This document shows, piece by piece, positions 19,404 to 29,146 of a stretch of 64,000 nucleotides of DNA. The translations under genes and the position numbers were made by a program. Each line of letters begins with the position of its first letter. The first letter of the stretch is position 1. The stretch lies in the sequence record PQ400055.1; one strand, given 5' to 3'. The DNA comes from a phage. The notes beneath the pieces were generated by a model. That model did not search any database and was not told the origin of the DNA. It saw nothing but the letters and a program-made list of their open reading frames with translations.

Positions 19404-19913
19404 TCAAATAATTTTCACTGGAATACTATTAACAATCTTGTATTGTACTTGATTGTCAGACCCCCGCCACGGCTTCTTCGTTGGCATATCTTTAATATAA
19501 CGCCCATCGATGAACATGTCAACTGATTCTACAATTTTTCTTTGCTCATCATTCAATTGGTCAAGGGTATAACCGGACCATAGCCAAATATCTTTATTTG
19601 GCATCCATGATTTTACTTCATCGATGATCCGCTGTACACCCTTTAAATTGCGTTTATACAGTGGATCGCCACCTAAGAATGTTAGCCCCTGAATAAAATC
19701 AGGTCTAAGCAGGTCCAGAATCAATCCCATTGTATCATCGGTGAATGGTTCCCCGTTCTTAGGATTGAGTAGGCTAGCATTAAAGCAACCATCACATGCG
19801 TGTGAACATCCGGTAACGTAAAGGGAGACTCTCACTCCCTCACCGTTAACCATATCACAATCTTTAATATCGGCATAGCGTAGTTTGCCGTATGTATCAG
19901 AACTCATATTCAA
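19404..19913 (-). CDS. nrdG: anaerobic ribonucleotide reductase activating protein NrdG (radical SAM)
   Basis: 169 aa; CSHACDGC (CxxxCxxC) cluster; adjacent to nrdD region as in T4. Confidence 0.85.
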   Translation of the reverse strand: MNMSSDTYGKLRYADIKDCDMVNGEGVRVSLYVTGCSHACDGCFNASLLNPKNGEPFTDDTMGLILDLLRPDFIQGLTFLGGDPLYKRNLKGVQRIIDEVKSWMPNKDIWLWSGYTLDQLNDEQRKIVESVDMFIDGRYIKDMPTKKPWRGSDNQVQYKIVNSIPVKII

Positions 19914-20049
19914 TTACCCCGAACTCGTTTACAATCTGCGCTTTATAGTAACCACCGCGAGATGCTAATAGATAAGCTGGGCTTAGGTATTCGTATTCAC
20001 GGATTTCTACTTGTGCGTTTTCAGTTTCCCAAATCAGTAAAGTCCACAT
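19897..20049 (-). CDS. small hypothetical protein (50 aa)
   Basis: Track ORF 19897..20124 trimmed to internal ATG (M26) because the promoter lies in the track N-terminus; AGGAG upstream. Confidence 0.35.
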   Translation of the reverse strand: MWTLLIWETENAQVEIREYEYLSPAYLLASRGGYYKAQIVNEFGVIEYEF

Positions 20050-20091
20050 ATTTGATTCTCCTGTAAAGTTGTATCTCGTCTTGATGAATAT

Positions 20092-20120
20092 AGTATAGGG
20101 GATCTCGCGATCCCCGTCAA
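20092..20120 (-). promoter_or_regulatory. sigma70-type promoter (TTGACG-17-TATACT) with GATC-containing palindromic spacer
   Basis: Spacer GGGGATCGCGAGATCCCC carries two Dam sites; followed by leader and AGGAGAATCAAA Shine-Dalgarno. Confidence 0.45.
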
Positions 20121-20124
20121 GCAT

Positions 20125-20673
20125 TTATTTTAAATTTTTTCGAATGTAGTCAGACCATTCCTTCCCTGTCAGTTCGGTCCCATTCTGGAAACTGAAATAT
20201 TCATACGGCATCGAGTCAAGATAAAACAGGATCATACATCGCGCCATATAATACCAATCACGATTAAAGTAAACTACGTTATCGCCAGTACCATCAGCAC
20301 CTTTATCATAACCATCGCGGGTACGGGCGACCCATTGAATAGTATCATTTTTCTCACGGATCGTAACAGGTTCCCAATATCCAGCACATCCAGCATGACC
20401 ACACGAACAAGTAATGAAATATTGTCCTTTTGCTTTGTTGTCATCCCATTCACGATGGATTGGTTCGATCTCGTGAAACAGTGCTAAGCAATCATGATTA
20501 TGCAACACTGGCTTACCATCAATCAATGCATGGAATGTATACAAACGACCCGTAGACAAATAGCTATCCTCACGCTCAACCAGTTCAATAGCAATCTTTT
20601 TAGCTCGTTCTTTGTGTCGTTGTGCTTTACGCTTACGGTTTAATGATTTCATATTCACCTCACACATTATCAA
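20125..20673 (-). CDS. hypothetical protein
   Basis: 182 aa; basic N-terminus, CSCGHAGCAGY cysteine cluster. Confidence 0.5.
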   Translation of the reverse strand: MIMCEVNMKSLNRKRKAQRHKERAKKIAIELVEREDSYLSTGRLYTFHALIDGKPVLHNHDCLALFHEIEPIHREWDDNKAKGQYFITCSCGHAGCAGYWEPVTIREKNDTIQWVARTRDGYDKGADGTGDNVVYFNRDWYYMARCMILFYLDSMPYEYFSFQNGTELTGKEWSDYIRKNLK

Positions 20674-21209
20674 AGGTCGCGATATAGTACATTATGAAAA
20701 TGAGAACTTGCATTACCAATATTGTAGATAATAAATTCTTCATCCGGCGCTTGCGCTACAAATTGAGTATGAGCAACCGCCACAACCTTAAAAATACGAT
20801 CCGTGATCTTGTGTTTAATTTCTGCCCCTACTTCCATAGGAACATATTCATTTGTTTCTGTTTCAGTCGCAAAACAGCCATCTTCTTCATAAGCACGAAC
20901 AAATCGATCGCAATCAGTACGCTTAACAAATTCAAGAGTATACAATTCTCGTGAATTGTCGGTATAGACCAATACAGAATTATTATGATAGCGAATCACA
21001 TACAGGTTATTATCATCGTCAATTACGCAAAAGCTACGGATTCCTTCGCCTTTACTCCAGCAGATATTAACCACCGTTCCTCTAATAAAAAAACTTTCCT
21101 TTAAATTAAAACTAGTCAATGTGCTAGCGTGCATTTTAACAACAACACCATCGCCAATTTCCAGTTTACGAAGTTTAACTTCTTTGTTCAGTACACAAAA
21201 CATCATCAT
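20670..21209 (-). CDS. hypothetical protein
   Basis: 179 aa ORF immediately downstream of a promoter; start overlaps stop of next gene. Confidence 0.5.
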   Translation of the reverse strand: MMMFCVLNKEVKLRKLEIGDGVVVKMHASTLTSFNLKESFFIRGTVVNICWSKGEGIRSFCVIDDDNNLYVIRYHNNSVLVYTDNSRELYTLEFVKRTDCDRFVRAYEEDGCFATETETNEYVPMEVGAEIKHKITDRIFKVVAVAHTQFVAQAPDEEFIIYNIGNASSHFHNVLYRDL

Positions 21210-21238
21210 GTTGTCCTCTCGTTGTTTTCGATGTGAGC

Positions 21239-21266
21239 ATTATACATTAGCTAATCATGTTGTCAA
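21239..21266 (-). promoter_or_regulatory. sigma70-type promoter (TTGACA-16-TATAAT)
   Basis: Exact -35 and -10 hexamers on the minus strand; leader GCTCACATCGAAAACAACGAGAGGA. Confidence 0.5.
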
Positions 21267-21270
21267 CACC

Positions 21271-21305
21271 CCAAAACGAAAAAGCCGACCCTTTCGGATC
21301 GGCTG
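21271..21305 (-). terminator. rho-independent terminator after nrdD
   Basis: AGCCGATCC-gaaa-GGGTCGGCT hairpin followed by TTTTTCGTTTT on the minus strand. Confidence 0.55.
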
Positions 21306-21309
21306 AAAT

Positions 21310-23172
21310 TTACATGTGCTTAACGCGGTTTACCATCTCGGAGTGTTTCCCGTGGTTGAATGGACGCAGATCAACAGATCCAAGATATCCACTAACGCGA
21401 CGGATAACATTCATCTTTTCCAGATTGTCATTACCGCAATCAGGACAAACAAAACCAGACTCGGTCGCTCTCATTTCCTTAGTAGATCCGCATACATGAC
21501 ATACATCAGAAGGAGTATTAACACCGAAGTAGTGCAATTTATCCATTGCATAGTCTACTACAGTTTCAAGACCTTTCAGGTTGTTTTTCATGTCTGGGAA
21601 CTCAACATAAGAGATCATGCCACCGGACGCCAGCCAGTGATAATCTTTCTCAAAGTCAATTTTCTCAAATGGAGTGACTTTCCGGTCTACGTCAAGGTGG
21701 AATGAGTTGGTGTACCAGTCTTTATCGGTAGCACCCTTAACAATACCAAATTGCTCTCGGTCCAGTCGATTAAATCGATAGCAAAGGCTCTCGGCTGGAG
21801 TACCGTAAAGACTAAACCCAAGTCCGGTTTCGTCCTTCCATTTTTCAGTATAATGACGCAAGATCTTAAGAATATGTTTACCGTATCGCTGCGCATCTTC
21901 CGAATCAAACGGATGAACACCAAACAGGACGCTCAATACCTCATGTAAACCAATATATCCAAGAGAGATACTAGCGCGACCATCTTTCAACACTTCCAAA
22001 ATTTCATCGTTTTGATGAATACGGAAAAACGCACCTTCGGTATACAGCACCGGAGCAACATTGGCTTTAGCCCCTTTTAAAGCGTCTACGCGACTCATGA
22101 GCGCATCAAAGCAAATAGGCATACGATTGGCTAGCTCTTGTTCGAATAGCTCAATTCTGCGCATTACAGACGCTTTACCAGCACGACGCGCGGCAATAAG
22201 GGCAATACGCGGAAGATTCAGGGTCACAACACCCAAGTTATTACGTCCGTCTAATACTTCTTCTCCTTTCTCATTATGCCACACACCCAGGAAGCTACGA
22301 CAACCCATCGGGCTAACCGGAACACTAGATCCGGTGATACTACGGTTATTCTTCGCAGAGATATAATCAGGGTAAAGACGCTTACTAGAACATTCCAATG
22401 CAAGTTGCTTAATGTCGTAGTTCGGATCTTCCGGTTTAAGGTTTAATCCTTCTTCTAAGAACATCACCAGCTTAGGAAACACCGGAGTGATACCATCTTT
22501 ACCTAAACCTTTAGTTCGAACGTTCAGGATCGCTTTCTGAATCAGTTTTTCTTCCCAGCTAGTACCCATACCAAAGGTTAAAGTCACAAAAGGCGTTTGA
22601 CCGTTGGTGGAGAACAAAGTGTTGATTTCATATTCCAACGCCTGATATCCGTCTAACGTTTCTTTTTCTGTTTTCTCTTGTGCATAGAGAGTATCAGCTT
22701 TGATTCCGTAGGTTTCGGCATCAGCAAGGTGTTTATAATATGTTTTCTCAACATACGGTGCTAACACCTGATCGATGTTTGCGATTGTGGTCCCGCCATA
22801 TTGATGACTTGCCACCTGTGCGATAATTTGAGCGGTTACAGCACAAGCAACGCCGATTGATTTCGGACTTTCGATTTGTGCGCTACCCAATTTAAAACCA
22901 TTCTCTAACATGTCTTTGAGATTAACAAGACAGCAGTTAGTAAACGGCATAGCGGGTGCATAATCCATATCATGATAATGAATGTCACCGTCTACATGCG
23001 CTTTATAGATGTGCTCAGGTAACACGGTTTTAGCAATCTGTTTAGACACAGCACCAGCAATCAGATCTCGACGTGTCGGGAATGTTCGCGCGTCTTTGTT
23101 CGCGTTCTCTTTGCTTACTTCGTTTTCTTTACCCGTTGCGATCTCTGTAATGTCTTTGATTAGTTTTTCCAT
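21310..23172 (-). CDS. nrdD: anaerobic ribonucleoside-triphosphate reductase NrdD (class III, glycyl radical)
   Basis: 620 aa; C-terminal zinc ribbon CxxC...CxxC and glycyl radical motif RVSGYLG; uninterrupted (no intron evident). Confidence 0.93.
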   Translation of the reverse strand: MEKLIKDITEIATGKENEVSKENANKDARTFPTRRDLIAGAVSKQIAKTVLPEHIYKAHVDGDIHYHDMDYAPAMPFTNCCLVNLKDMLENGFKLGSAQIESPKSIGVACAVTAQIIAQVASHQYGGTTIANIDQVLAPYVEKTYYKHLADAETYGIKADTLYAQEKTEKETLDGYQALEYEINTLFSTNGQTPFVTLTFGMGTSWEEKLIQKAILNVRTKGLGKDGITPVFPKLVMFLEEGLNLKPEDPNYDIKQLALECSSKRLYPDYISAKNNRSITGSSVPVSPMGCRSFLGVWHNEKGEEVLDGRNNLGVVTLNLPRIALIAARRAGKASVMRRIELFEQELANRMPICFDALMSRVDALKGAKANVAPVLYTEGAFFRIHQNDEILEVLKDGRASISLGYIGLHEVLSVLFGVHPFDSEDAQRYGKHILKILRHYTEKWKDETGLGFSLYGTPAESLCYRFNRLDREQFGIVKGATDKDWYTNSFHLDVDRKVTPFEKIDFEKDYHWLASGGMISYVEFPDMKNNLKGLETVVDYAMDKLHYFGVNTPSDVCHVCGSTKEMRATESGFVCPDCGNDNLEKMNVIRRVSGYLGSVDLRPFNHGKHSEMVNRVKHM

Positions 23173-23183
23173 TGTATCACCTA

Positions 23184-23206
23184 TGAAAAAGCGGGATTTC
23201 TCCCGC
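23184..23206 (-). terminator. terminator-like hairpin upstream of nrdD
   Basis: GCGGGA-tttc-TCCCGC followed by TTTTTC on the minus strand. Confidence 0.45.
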
Positions 23207-23216
23207 TCGTTGATAG

Positions 23217-23711
23217 TTATTTTACCAGTTCTGCTAATTCTTTTTCTTTAGCTTCTAGTTCAGCTTTAAGCTGTTTAATCTCTTGTCGCTTCTTATTAGC
23301 GGCTTCCTGCTTACTATTTCGGATAACCTGATCTAGATACAACTCCCAATCCTGAATATTTTTGATAATGTATCCGTCAACATTAATTGGTCGGAGATTC
23401 AGTACAGCTTCCAGTTTAGTCGCAAAAACTTTAATTGCTGGCGTGAAGTATTCATATTCGTTATCTTCAAACCAATAACCTAGACTTGCATTATCAATAC
23501 GAAGACGAAGTTCAAGATCAAGGTCTTTATCTTCGGTGTAAAGATCTTTCACCTGACCCAGCGAACTAACAACAACTTTAAAACGAATTTTATCTACACC
23601 ACCAAACACATCAGTAAGTATACCAGCAATTGAGCTATTAGCGCAAGATTGGTCGCTGAATGCGTCAAGGTTTTCTTTAGTTACAGTATACCAAACATCT
23701 TGTACCCACAT
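23217..23711 (-). CDS. hypothetical protein with coiled-coil C-terminus
   Basis: 164 aa; C-terminal KKRQEIKQLKAELEAKEKELAELVK. Confidence 0.5.
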   Translation of the reverse strand: MWVQDVWYTVTKENLDAFSDQSCANSSIAGILTDVFGGVDKIRFKVVVSSLGQVKDLYTEDKDLDLELRLRIDNASLGYWFEDNEYEYFTPAIKVFATKLEAVLNLRPINVDGYIIKNIQDWELYLDQVIRNSKQEAANKKRQEIKQLKAELEAKEKELAELVK

Positions 23712-23741
23712 AATATAATCCTCTCGTTGTTAAGTGGGAGT

Positions 23742-23769
23742 ATTATAGCATACTCCCTTCGCATGTCAA
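23742..23769 (-). promoter_or_regulatory. sigma70-type promoter (TTGACA-16-TATAAT) with -10 inside GGGAGTA/TACTCCC palindrome
   Basis: Reverse complement TTGACA..GGGAGTAtgcTATAATACTCCC; -35 overlaps the upstream stop codon. Confidence 0.5.
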
Positions 23770-24944
23770 GCACTAACTTTTTTCTTTACTGCTTTCACCT
23801 TCTGGCGAATTGCTCGAATCTCTTCGATCTCTTTTTCAGTCTCTTTAACAATTTCTTTGCGATTCTGAATATCTGTATCTAGATTATCATCAAGTTTAGG
23901 CAGCATGTCAATCAAGAACTTTTTAAAGTCTTTCAGGTTTCGGATAACAGCACCTTCACCCATTACCGCCACGCCTACACCATCCGGCAGATCACCAAAC
24001 AGCTTAACCAGTTCAGACAGATGATCATGATCTTCTAGTGCTTCTTCCGGTTCAGATGGCAGTTCAACAAAGTTATAACGTTCATCATTGCTGATCAAGT
24101 GATACCAGCAAAGACCGAAAGATTTCGGTGTATATTCTACACCATCAATTTCAACCGCGTCAACACTTCCATAATCATCTACTTTAGTTACCTTAAATCC
24201 TTGTCCCAGCTTTTGAACAATTTCAACAACATGACTTGATACAGTTTCAGCGGTAAACCAATATGGCAAATTATGCTGATTTGGTTTGTAGCGTTCACCT
24301 ACTTTAAATCTCTGACCATCCGCTTGCATAGAATGAAATTGTTGTTTCGTGATTTCCGCGAAGTATTCAAATTCGCTACCGTCAAACAAGCAATTCCATT
24401 GATCACAAAAACGGTCCGCCTTGACGGTTTCACCTTTCGCGGTGATCATGGTAGCTGATCCGTGCAATTCTTCTTCAACTAAAAAGCCATATTCGACAAA
24501 ATCAACAAGTTTCATGGCTTCTTTGTGCTCTGGGTCATGCTCTCCCCAGAATCGCTTAAATTCTTGCAAACCTTCTGGGGTAAACGAATAACATTTACCT
24601 TTTTCAAAGTAAGTCGGCATTGCATCCTCTTTCTTGTTCATCGCTTCGTATGCCTCTTTTGAGATACGTTTAAAGTATTTGCGCTCATTGTGCATAATCA
24701 TAGTAGACCAATAATAAACGATATCCTCAGCGGAATAAACTACATCTCCAGCTTCAATAGTAATAACATGACCGTGGTCATCTTTTTCTAATACTTTAAA
24801 GCCCTTTTCTACGATTTCAGCAACCCGAATATGACCACGGCGCGAAGCATCGGTCAGAATAATTGAATAGCGAGAAAAGTCTAGAAACTCATCTTTACCG
24901 CCTTCACGGAATGCATAGTAATGACCTTCAAAGAATTTAGCCAT
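23766..24944 (-). CDS. hypothetical protein (paralog family, two domain copies plus coiled coil)
   Basis: 392 aa; repeated RKYFKRISKEAYE-type elements shared with 25001..25585; C-terminal charged helix. Confidence 0.55.
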   Translation of the reverse strand: MAKFFEGHYYAFREGGKDEFLDFSRYSIILTDASRRGHIRVAEIVEKGFKVLEKDDHGHVITIEAGDVVYSAEDIVYYWSTMIMHNERKYFKRISKEAYEAMNKKEDAMPTYFEKGKCYSFTPEGLQEFKRFWGEHDPEHKEAMKLVDFVEYGFLVEEELHGSATMITAKGETVKADRFCDQWNCLFDGSEFEYFAEITKQQFHSMQADGQRFKVGERYKPNQHNLPYWFTAETVSSHVVEIVQKLGQGFKVTKVDDYGSVDAVEIDGVEYTPKSFGLCWYHLISNDERYNFVELPSEPEEALEDHDHLSELVKLFGDLPDGVGVAVMGEGAVIRNLKDFKKFLIDMLPKLDDNLDTDIQNRKEIVKETEKEIEEIRAIRQKVKAVKKKVSA

Positions 24945-24975
24945 AATATAATCCTCTCGTTGTTTAGATGGGAGT

Positions 24976-25004
24976 ATCTTACTACTCCCGTTTCATCATG
25001 TCAA
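24976..25004 (-). promoter_or_regulatory. sigma70-type promoter (TTGACA-17-TAAGAT) in palindrome
   Basis: GGGAGTAgTAAGATACTCCC with -10 in the loop; 17 nt spacer. Confidence 0.45.
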
Positions 25005-25585
25005 GCGTTAAATGACTTTTGGATCTCTTTCAGTTCTTCCACTTTCTCGGCGCTGAATTTAGCGTAGGTATCATGTCGAATAATTTCACTTTCAAGAAAG
25101 GTTTCCAGTCGAGATCTATTTTCAATAAGGAACTCTTTCAGGTCTTCCGCGTTCTTGATAAAGATTTTATTGTCGGTAATGTCATCTTCAATCGCAAAGG
25201 AGATAGAGCGAACTTTACCAAACAAGTTAATCAGATCTTCCAGAGATTCTTCTTTCTTAACTGGTTTCATTTCTTCAAACTGCTTTTTAGTGATGCGTTT
25301 AAAGTATTTGCGCTCGCTTGCATCAATCATGATTGACGCACCCTCATAATCATGAGTTTCTACCAAATACACTTTACCCATAACATTAACCGTAAGAACT
25401 TTAAAGCCCCTGTGAAGCACACCATACAGGAACTTGTTATGTTGTGGGTAGCGTTTAACAAATTCCTCTGCGGACTCAGCATTACGGAAAGTGTAATAAC
25501 GACCTCGTTCAAAAACAGCATCATTTGAAGACTTAGCCGGATACAATTTATACGTTTTCTGTACCATAATATAATCCTCTATCAT
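25001..25585 (-). CDS. hypothetical protein (paralog family)
   Basis: 194 aa; shares ERKYFKRITKKQFEEM with 23766..24944. Confidence 0.5.
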   Translation of the reverse strand: MIEDYIMVQKTYKLYPAKSSNDAVFERGRYYTFRNAESAEEFVKRYPQHNKFLYGVLHRGFKVLTVNVMGKVYLVETHDYEGASIMIDASERKYFKRITKKQFEEMKPVKKEESLEDLINLFGKVRSISFAIEDDITDNKIFIKNAEDLKEFLIENRSRLETFLESEIIRHDTYAKFSAEKVEELKEIQKSFNA

Positions 25586-25854
25586 TTCACTAATTGAACA
25601 GCACGGAACAGAATGCGCTCACACGGAAGCAGCATAAATTCCCAACGCGGATCAAAGTCTTTAGCGGTGTACGTTTTCCCATCAACCGAGATTTCACTTA
25701 CATAACCAACAGGTGACACTTTAAGAACAGTAAACCCATTCTTGATGACTTCGTAGGTATCTTTCACCCCTTCGTATTCATCATCTAAGAAGTCTTTATG
25801 TGCTTGCTCAGATTTAAAAACATAGGCCACACCGGATTTAAACATCTTACGCAT
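25582..25854 (-). CDS. hypothetical protein (paralog family, single domain)
   Basis: Start at internal ATG (M21); MRKMFKSGVAYVFK...ISVDGKTYTAKDF. Confidence 0.45.
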   Translation of the reverse strand: MRKMFKSGVAYVFKSEQAHKDFLDDEYEGVKDTYEVIKNGFTVLKVSPVGYVSEISVDGKTYTAKDFDPRWEFMLLPCERILFRAVQLVK

Positions 25855-25885
25855 TGTTGATTCTCCTTCTTGATTAGATGGGAGT

Positions 25886-25914
25886 ATTTTACTACTCCCA
25901 TTTCTTATTGTCAA
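25886..25914 (-). promoter_or_regulatory. sigma70-type promoter (TTGACA-17-TAAAAT) in palindrome
   Basis: GGGAGTAgTAAAATACTCCC; immediately downstream of the endonuclease VII stop. Confidence 0.45.
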
Positions 25915-25917
25915 CTA

Positions 25918-26391
25918 CTATCTTAATCTTTGTATGAATTGTTTCTTATACTTCTTCGTGATCTCTTCTCTTGTATCAGCGTCGCAGTAATCGAAACCTT
26001 CTGCGTCCATAATAGCAACCATCTCCGCGCGTGTCAAGCGTGAAAATCGTTTTACTTTATCAACAGCATATTGAGGATGTAAATGATTGTTGGTGTAGTC
26101 TCCTTTGATGTAATTAACATAGTTTGTAGCCCAAACAACGAAATCAGCACCTAAAGCACCAACACCAAACCGTTTAAAGTCTCCGGTCAACGATCCTTCT
26201 AGGCGGTTGCAACACGAATGAAGCAATCCCCTTACGCGGCCTTGCCCTTTACCATCTAGATCGTGGTCGTGGTCAAGATGGTTTTTGCTCATATCCTCAA
26301 AAAGTGGCAATTGACAAAGGGGGCAAATGCCCCCCTGTTTTTCGAATAGTTCTTGTTTGTACTCTTTAGCACTCTTAGCAGTCAGTAACAT
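25918..26391 (-). CDS. 49: recombination endonuclease VII (Holliday junction resolvase gp49)
   Basis: Start at internal ATG (M6); GGICPLCQ...HLDHDHDL...GLLHSCCN zinc/His motifs closely match T4 endo VII. Confidence 0.85.
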   Translation of the reverse strand: MLLTAKSAKEYKQELFEKQGGICPLCQLPLFEDMSKNHLDHDHDLDGKGQGRVRGLLHSCCNRLEGSLTGDFKRFGVGALGADFVVWATNYVNYIKGDYTNNHLHPQYAVDKVKRFSRLTRAEMVAIMDAEGFDYCDADTREEITKKYKKQFIQRLR

Positions 26392-26415
26392 AAATTCACC
26401 CTCCAAAGAAGGTAT

Positions 26416-26697
26416 TTAACCATTAATCTTGTTTTTGACTACAAAGGATCGGAACTCATCAAAACCACCGATATAATCACCATCATAGAAAATCTGCGGC
26501 ATGGTGGCAATAACTTCTACCCCTGCGCGATCCTGAATATCGGCAATGATAGAATCAATCTTTACCGGGCGACCGTTTTCGTCCACACCATCATTAACCG
26601 GAATGTAGATGTAAGGGATCTTACGCGCTTCACAAAGGCGCTTTGCATTCTGGCAATACTTACAGTTGTAACCTTCAAAACCAAAAATTTCTACCAT
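26416..26697 (-). CDS. nrdC: NrdC thioredoxin
   Basis: Start at internal ATG (M5); active site CKYC, NAKRL, MPQIF...GDYIGGFDEF like T4 NrdC. Confidence 0.8.
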   Translation of the reverse strand: MVEIFGFEGYNCKYCQNAKRLCEARKIPYIYIPVNDGVDENGRPVKIDSIIADIQDRAGVEVIATMPQIFYDGDYIGGFDEFRSFVVKNKING

Positions 26698-26705
26698 GTT
26701 ATACC

Positions 26706-27518
26706 TCAATCTACGTTAGTTACATAAACTTCTTGCGTATCAGAAGACTTGCCACCTGAACGATCTAGGCAATAGGTCTTATTCAACAAGACGCAGTTTA
26801 AATCATTCCGCTTGATAAAGTCAAGAAGATGATCATTTGCCTTTCCCTTATGATGCGTGACATTACTTATACCAAACTGAAAACCACGCGCCATAATAGA
26901 TTCTACCCACTGATAGAATTTAATCTCTTCCTCGTCACTCCAGAACTTATTGTATTCCGCAGAAGTGATAAGGTACGGCGGGTCCAAATAAACGAAATCA
27001 CCTGGCAAGATCTCGATCTCGTCATAACGACCAGAAGTAAAACTGATTCGACCGTCTTTGTTTTCTTCCTTAAAATTCAGGACGCGCTCTACCGCGTTTT
27101 CGTTAAAAGTCCGTCGGCCAAAATTAGCATTAAATTCTCCCTTCCTGTTATGGCGGTTAATGTTGCTAAAACTGTGCTGAATCAACACAAACAGAGATAG
27201 AGGGTCTGGATTCTCGTTATACTTCTTACGGAATGTCATGTAAGCGTCTTTATCTTCGCGAGACAAACCATTTTCGGCAATAATACGCTTGATCGTAGAA
27301 ACCGGATCAGGACACTCATCAATGGCCTTGTAAGCGTCAATTAAGCGATGATCATAGTCATTAGCCAGTACATCACCTTCAACATACAGAGACACGCTCA
27401 AGCCACCACAAAAGGCATCAACAAAGCGGTTATAGTGCTTAGGGAAATATTTACTAACACCGGGCAATAACTTTTCCTTATTGCCCGTATAGGGAATTAA
27501 ACCTAATGCTTTCTTCAT
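26706..27518 (-). CDS. dam: Dam DNA N6-adenine methyltransferase
   Basis: 270 aa; PYTGNK, NRFVDAFCGGLSVSL, DPPYLITSAEYNKFWSDEEE almost identical to the T4 Dam motifs. Confidence 0.88.
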   Translation of the reverse strand: MKKALGLIPYTGNKEKLLPGVSKYFPKHYNRFVDAFCGGLSVSLYVEGDVLANDYDHRLIDAYKAIDECPDPVSTIKRIIAENGLSREDKDAYMTFRKKYNENPDPLSLFVLIQHSFSNINRHNRKGEFNANFGRRTFNENAVERVLNFKEENKDGRISFTSGRYDEIEILPGDFVYLDPPYLITSAEYNKFWSDEEEIKFYQWVESIMARGFQFGISNVTHHKGKANDHLLDFIKRNDLNCVLLNKTYCLDRSGGKSSDTQEVYVTNVD

Positions 27519-27949
27519 TATCCCTTCCTCAAATAAGTTCGCTCAATCTCTACCAGTTCGAAAAATTCATCCCAATCACACGGAAAGTTGCAGTTTCCGA
27601 AATGATCCTCTTTGTAAAGTTCTTTACCGGATGGCAGCTTAATATCTGTTACGCTGTAGTATCCACAACAATCGCAATCACCCTCTGTATATTCTGTTTT
27701 AGTCGGAATATCCATCATTGCCAGATACAAAGGTACATCGTCTTGCTCAAAGTTCATGTAACCTTCATGGTCAAACGAGACAAAATTGTCATCACCCAAA
27801 AAAGGGATATAATGGTCATAATCGGTTACAGGTTGACCGTGTAATTCCCATTCTACAATTTTAACATTACCACTAAATTTTATACCCATAATTTCAACAA
27901 GAAAATGAGTATCGTCAATGTAAATCTTACTAGGGGTTGGATAAACCAT
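27518..27949 (-). CDS. hypothetical protein
   Basis: 143 aa minus-strand ORF, stop/start overlap with dam. Confidence 0.5.
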   Translation of the reverse strand: MVYPTPSKIYIDDTHFLVEIMGIKFSGNVKIVEWELHGQPVTDYDHYIPFLGDDNFVSFDHEGYMNFEQDDVPLYLAMMDIPTKTEYTEGDCDCCGYYSVTDIKLPSGKELYKEDHFGNCNFPCDWDEFFELVEIERTYLRKG

Positions 27950-27959
27950 TATATAATCC

Positions 27960-28256
27960 TCATATATCAGAGAATAGAATCTCTGTTAGCTTCACTGACT
28001 GCTCTCTGAATGTTAGCGTATACTCGAAAGGAAAGTCAACACCTAATTTCAGAAGAGAATAGCCTACCGCCTCTTTATGCTTATCGGTTAGGGCGATCCT
28101 AACCAATTCCCGTTGAATCTCTTTAGGCGGTGAATGGATAGTAACACGGGTATCATGCAATGTCCAGTCACCATTTCGAATTAAGATTAACGGTTTATCA
28201 TCATTGAAGATCACCGACCCCTTTCCGGTCGGTGAGTGTTTTATACTAATCATCAA
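27960..28256 (-). CDS. hypothetical protein
   Basis: 98 aa ORF. Confidence 0.45.
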   Translation of the reverse strand: MMISIKHSPTGKGSVIFNDDKPLILIRNGDWTLHDTRVTIHSPPKEIQRELVRIALTDKHKEAVGYSLLKLGVDFPFEYTLTFREQSVKLTEILFSDI

Positions 28257-28467
28257 ATTCTAAGAAATATTCTGGAACGATATAACCGTTAAAGTCATTA
28301 CACTTATAAAAATGTGGTGCATTTAATGCTGGATGAGCATTAGTAAAGAGTTTACCCTCTAGAAACAGAATGTAATTAATAGGTCTAATACCTACAGAAT
28401 CAGGGTCTAAACCTTTTTCTTTCAGTTCAGCCAGCGTTAAAACTCGTCCAGATCGTAACTTAGCCAT
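28246..28467 (-). CDS. hypothetical protein
   Basis: 73 aa ORF. Confidence 0.4.
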   Translation of the reverse strand: MAKLRSGRVLTLAELKEKGLDPDSVGIRPINYILFLEGKLFTNAHPALNAPHFYKCNDFNGYIVPEYFLEFDD

Positions 28468-28753
28468 GATTTACCCCTAATTCATCAAGATTATGTCGCA
28501 GCATTTCAGAGTATTTTTCTACTTCCTTGATCTTAGTGTGGATCTCCACGATCTCATCTTCACTATCAGATAGTTTAATGGCAATAGCGAGCGTGCTTTT
28601 ACCAGCTTTCATAGTCTCTTTCCGTTCAACCAATAGATCCGCGTGTTTCAATAGCAATTCTTCACGTCGAACATAAGCGACGGTCAAAGCCTCATCAGCG
28701 ATTTCTAAAGCATTTTCAGCGACACCAACAACCATTTTACGAGTAGACAGCAT
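28460..28753 (-). CDS. hypothetical protein
   Basis: 97 aa ORF, helical/charged. Confidence 0.45.
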   Translation of the reverse strand: MLSTRKMVVGVAENALEIADEALTVAYVRREELLLKHADLLVERKETMKAGKSTLAIAIKLSDSEDEIVEIHTKIKEVEKYSEMLRHNLDELGVNHG

Positions 28754-28767
28754 AAATTCACCTCACA

Positions 28768-29112
28768 TTATTTCACGTTAACGCCGTTATCAATCCAGCC
28801 GACGCTATTTGGTTTAACAGTTTTACCATAGGATGCATACTTAATCAAGCATGGTTTAACATCATTATCAAATCTTCCTAAACGTACTCCCAAATCAGGA
28901 ATATCCATGTATGCGGCTTTATATCCCCATGTACCGTATTCAGAATCAATCTCAACCGGACGGCCTTTAAAAGCATACACTACACCGTGACGGTCAACGA
29001 TAACATAGCGATAGCCAGCCGGAAGATACACAGTTTCGCCGTAAACTTTAACTGGAGTAGCAGAAGAGATAAACATAATATAATCCTCACATCGTTCATT
29101 TGATGCGGTCAT
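28768..29112 (-). CDS. hypothetical protein
   Basis: 114 aa ORF. Confidence 0.45.
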   Translation of the reverse strand: MTASNERCEDYIMFISSATPVKVYGETVYLPAGYRYVIVDRHGVVYAFKGRPVEIDSEYGTWGYKAAYMDIPDLGVRLGRFDNDVKPCLIKYASYGKTVKPNSVGWIDNGVNVK

Positions 29113-29146
29113 TATATGATAACCGCATTTTCATGTCAACAGTTTT

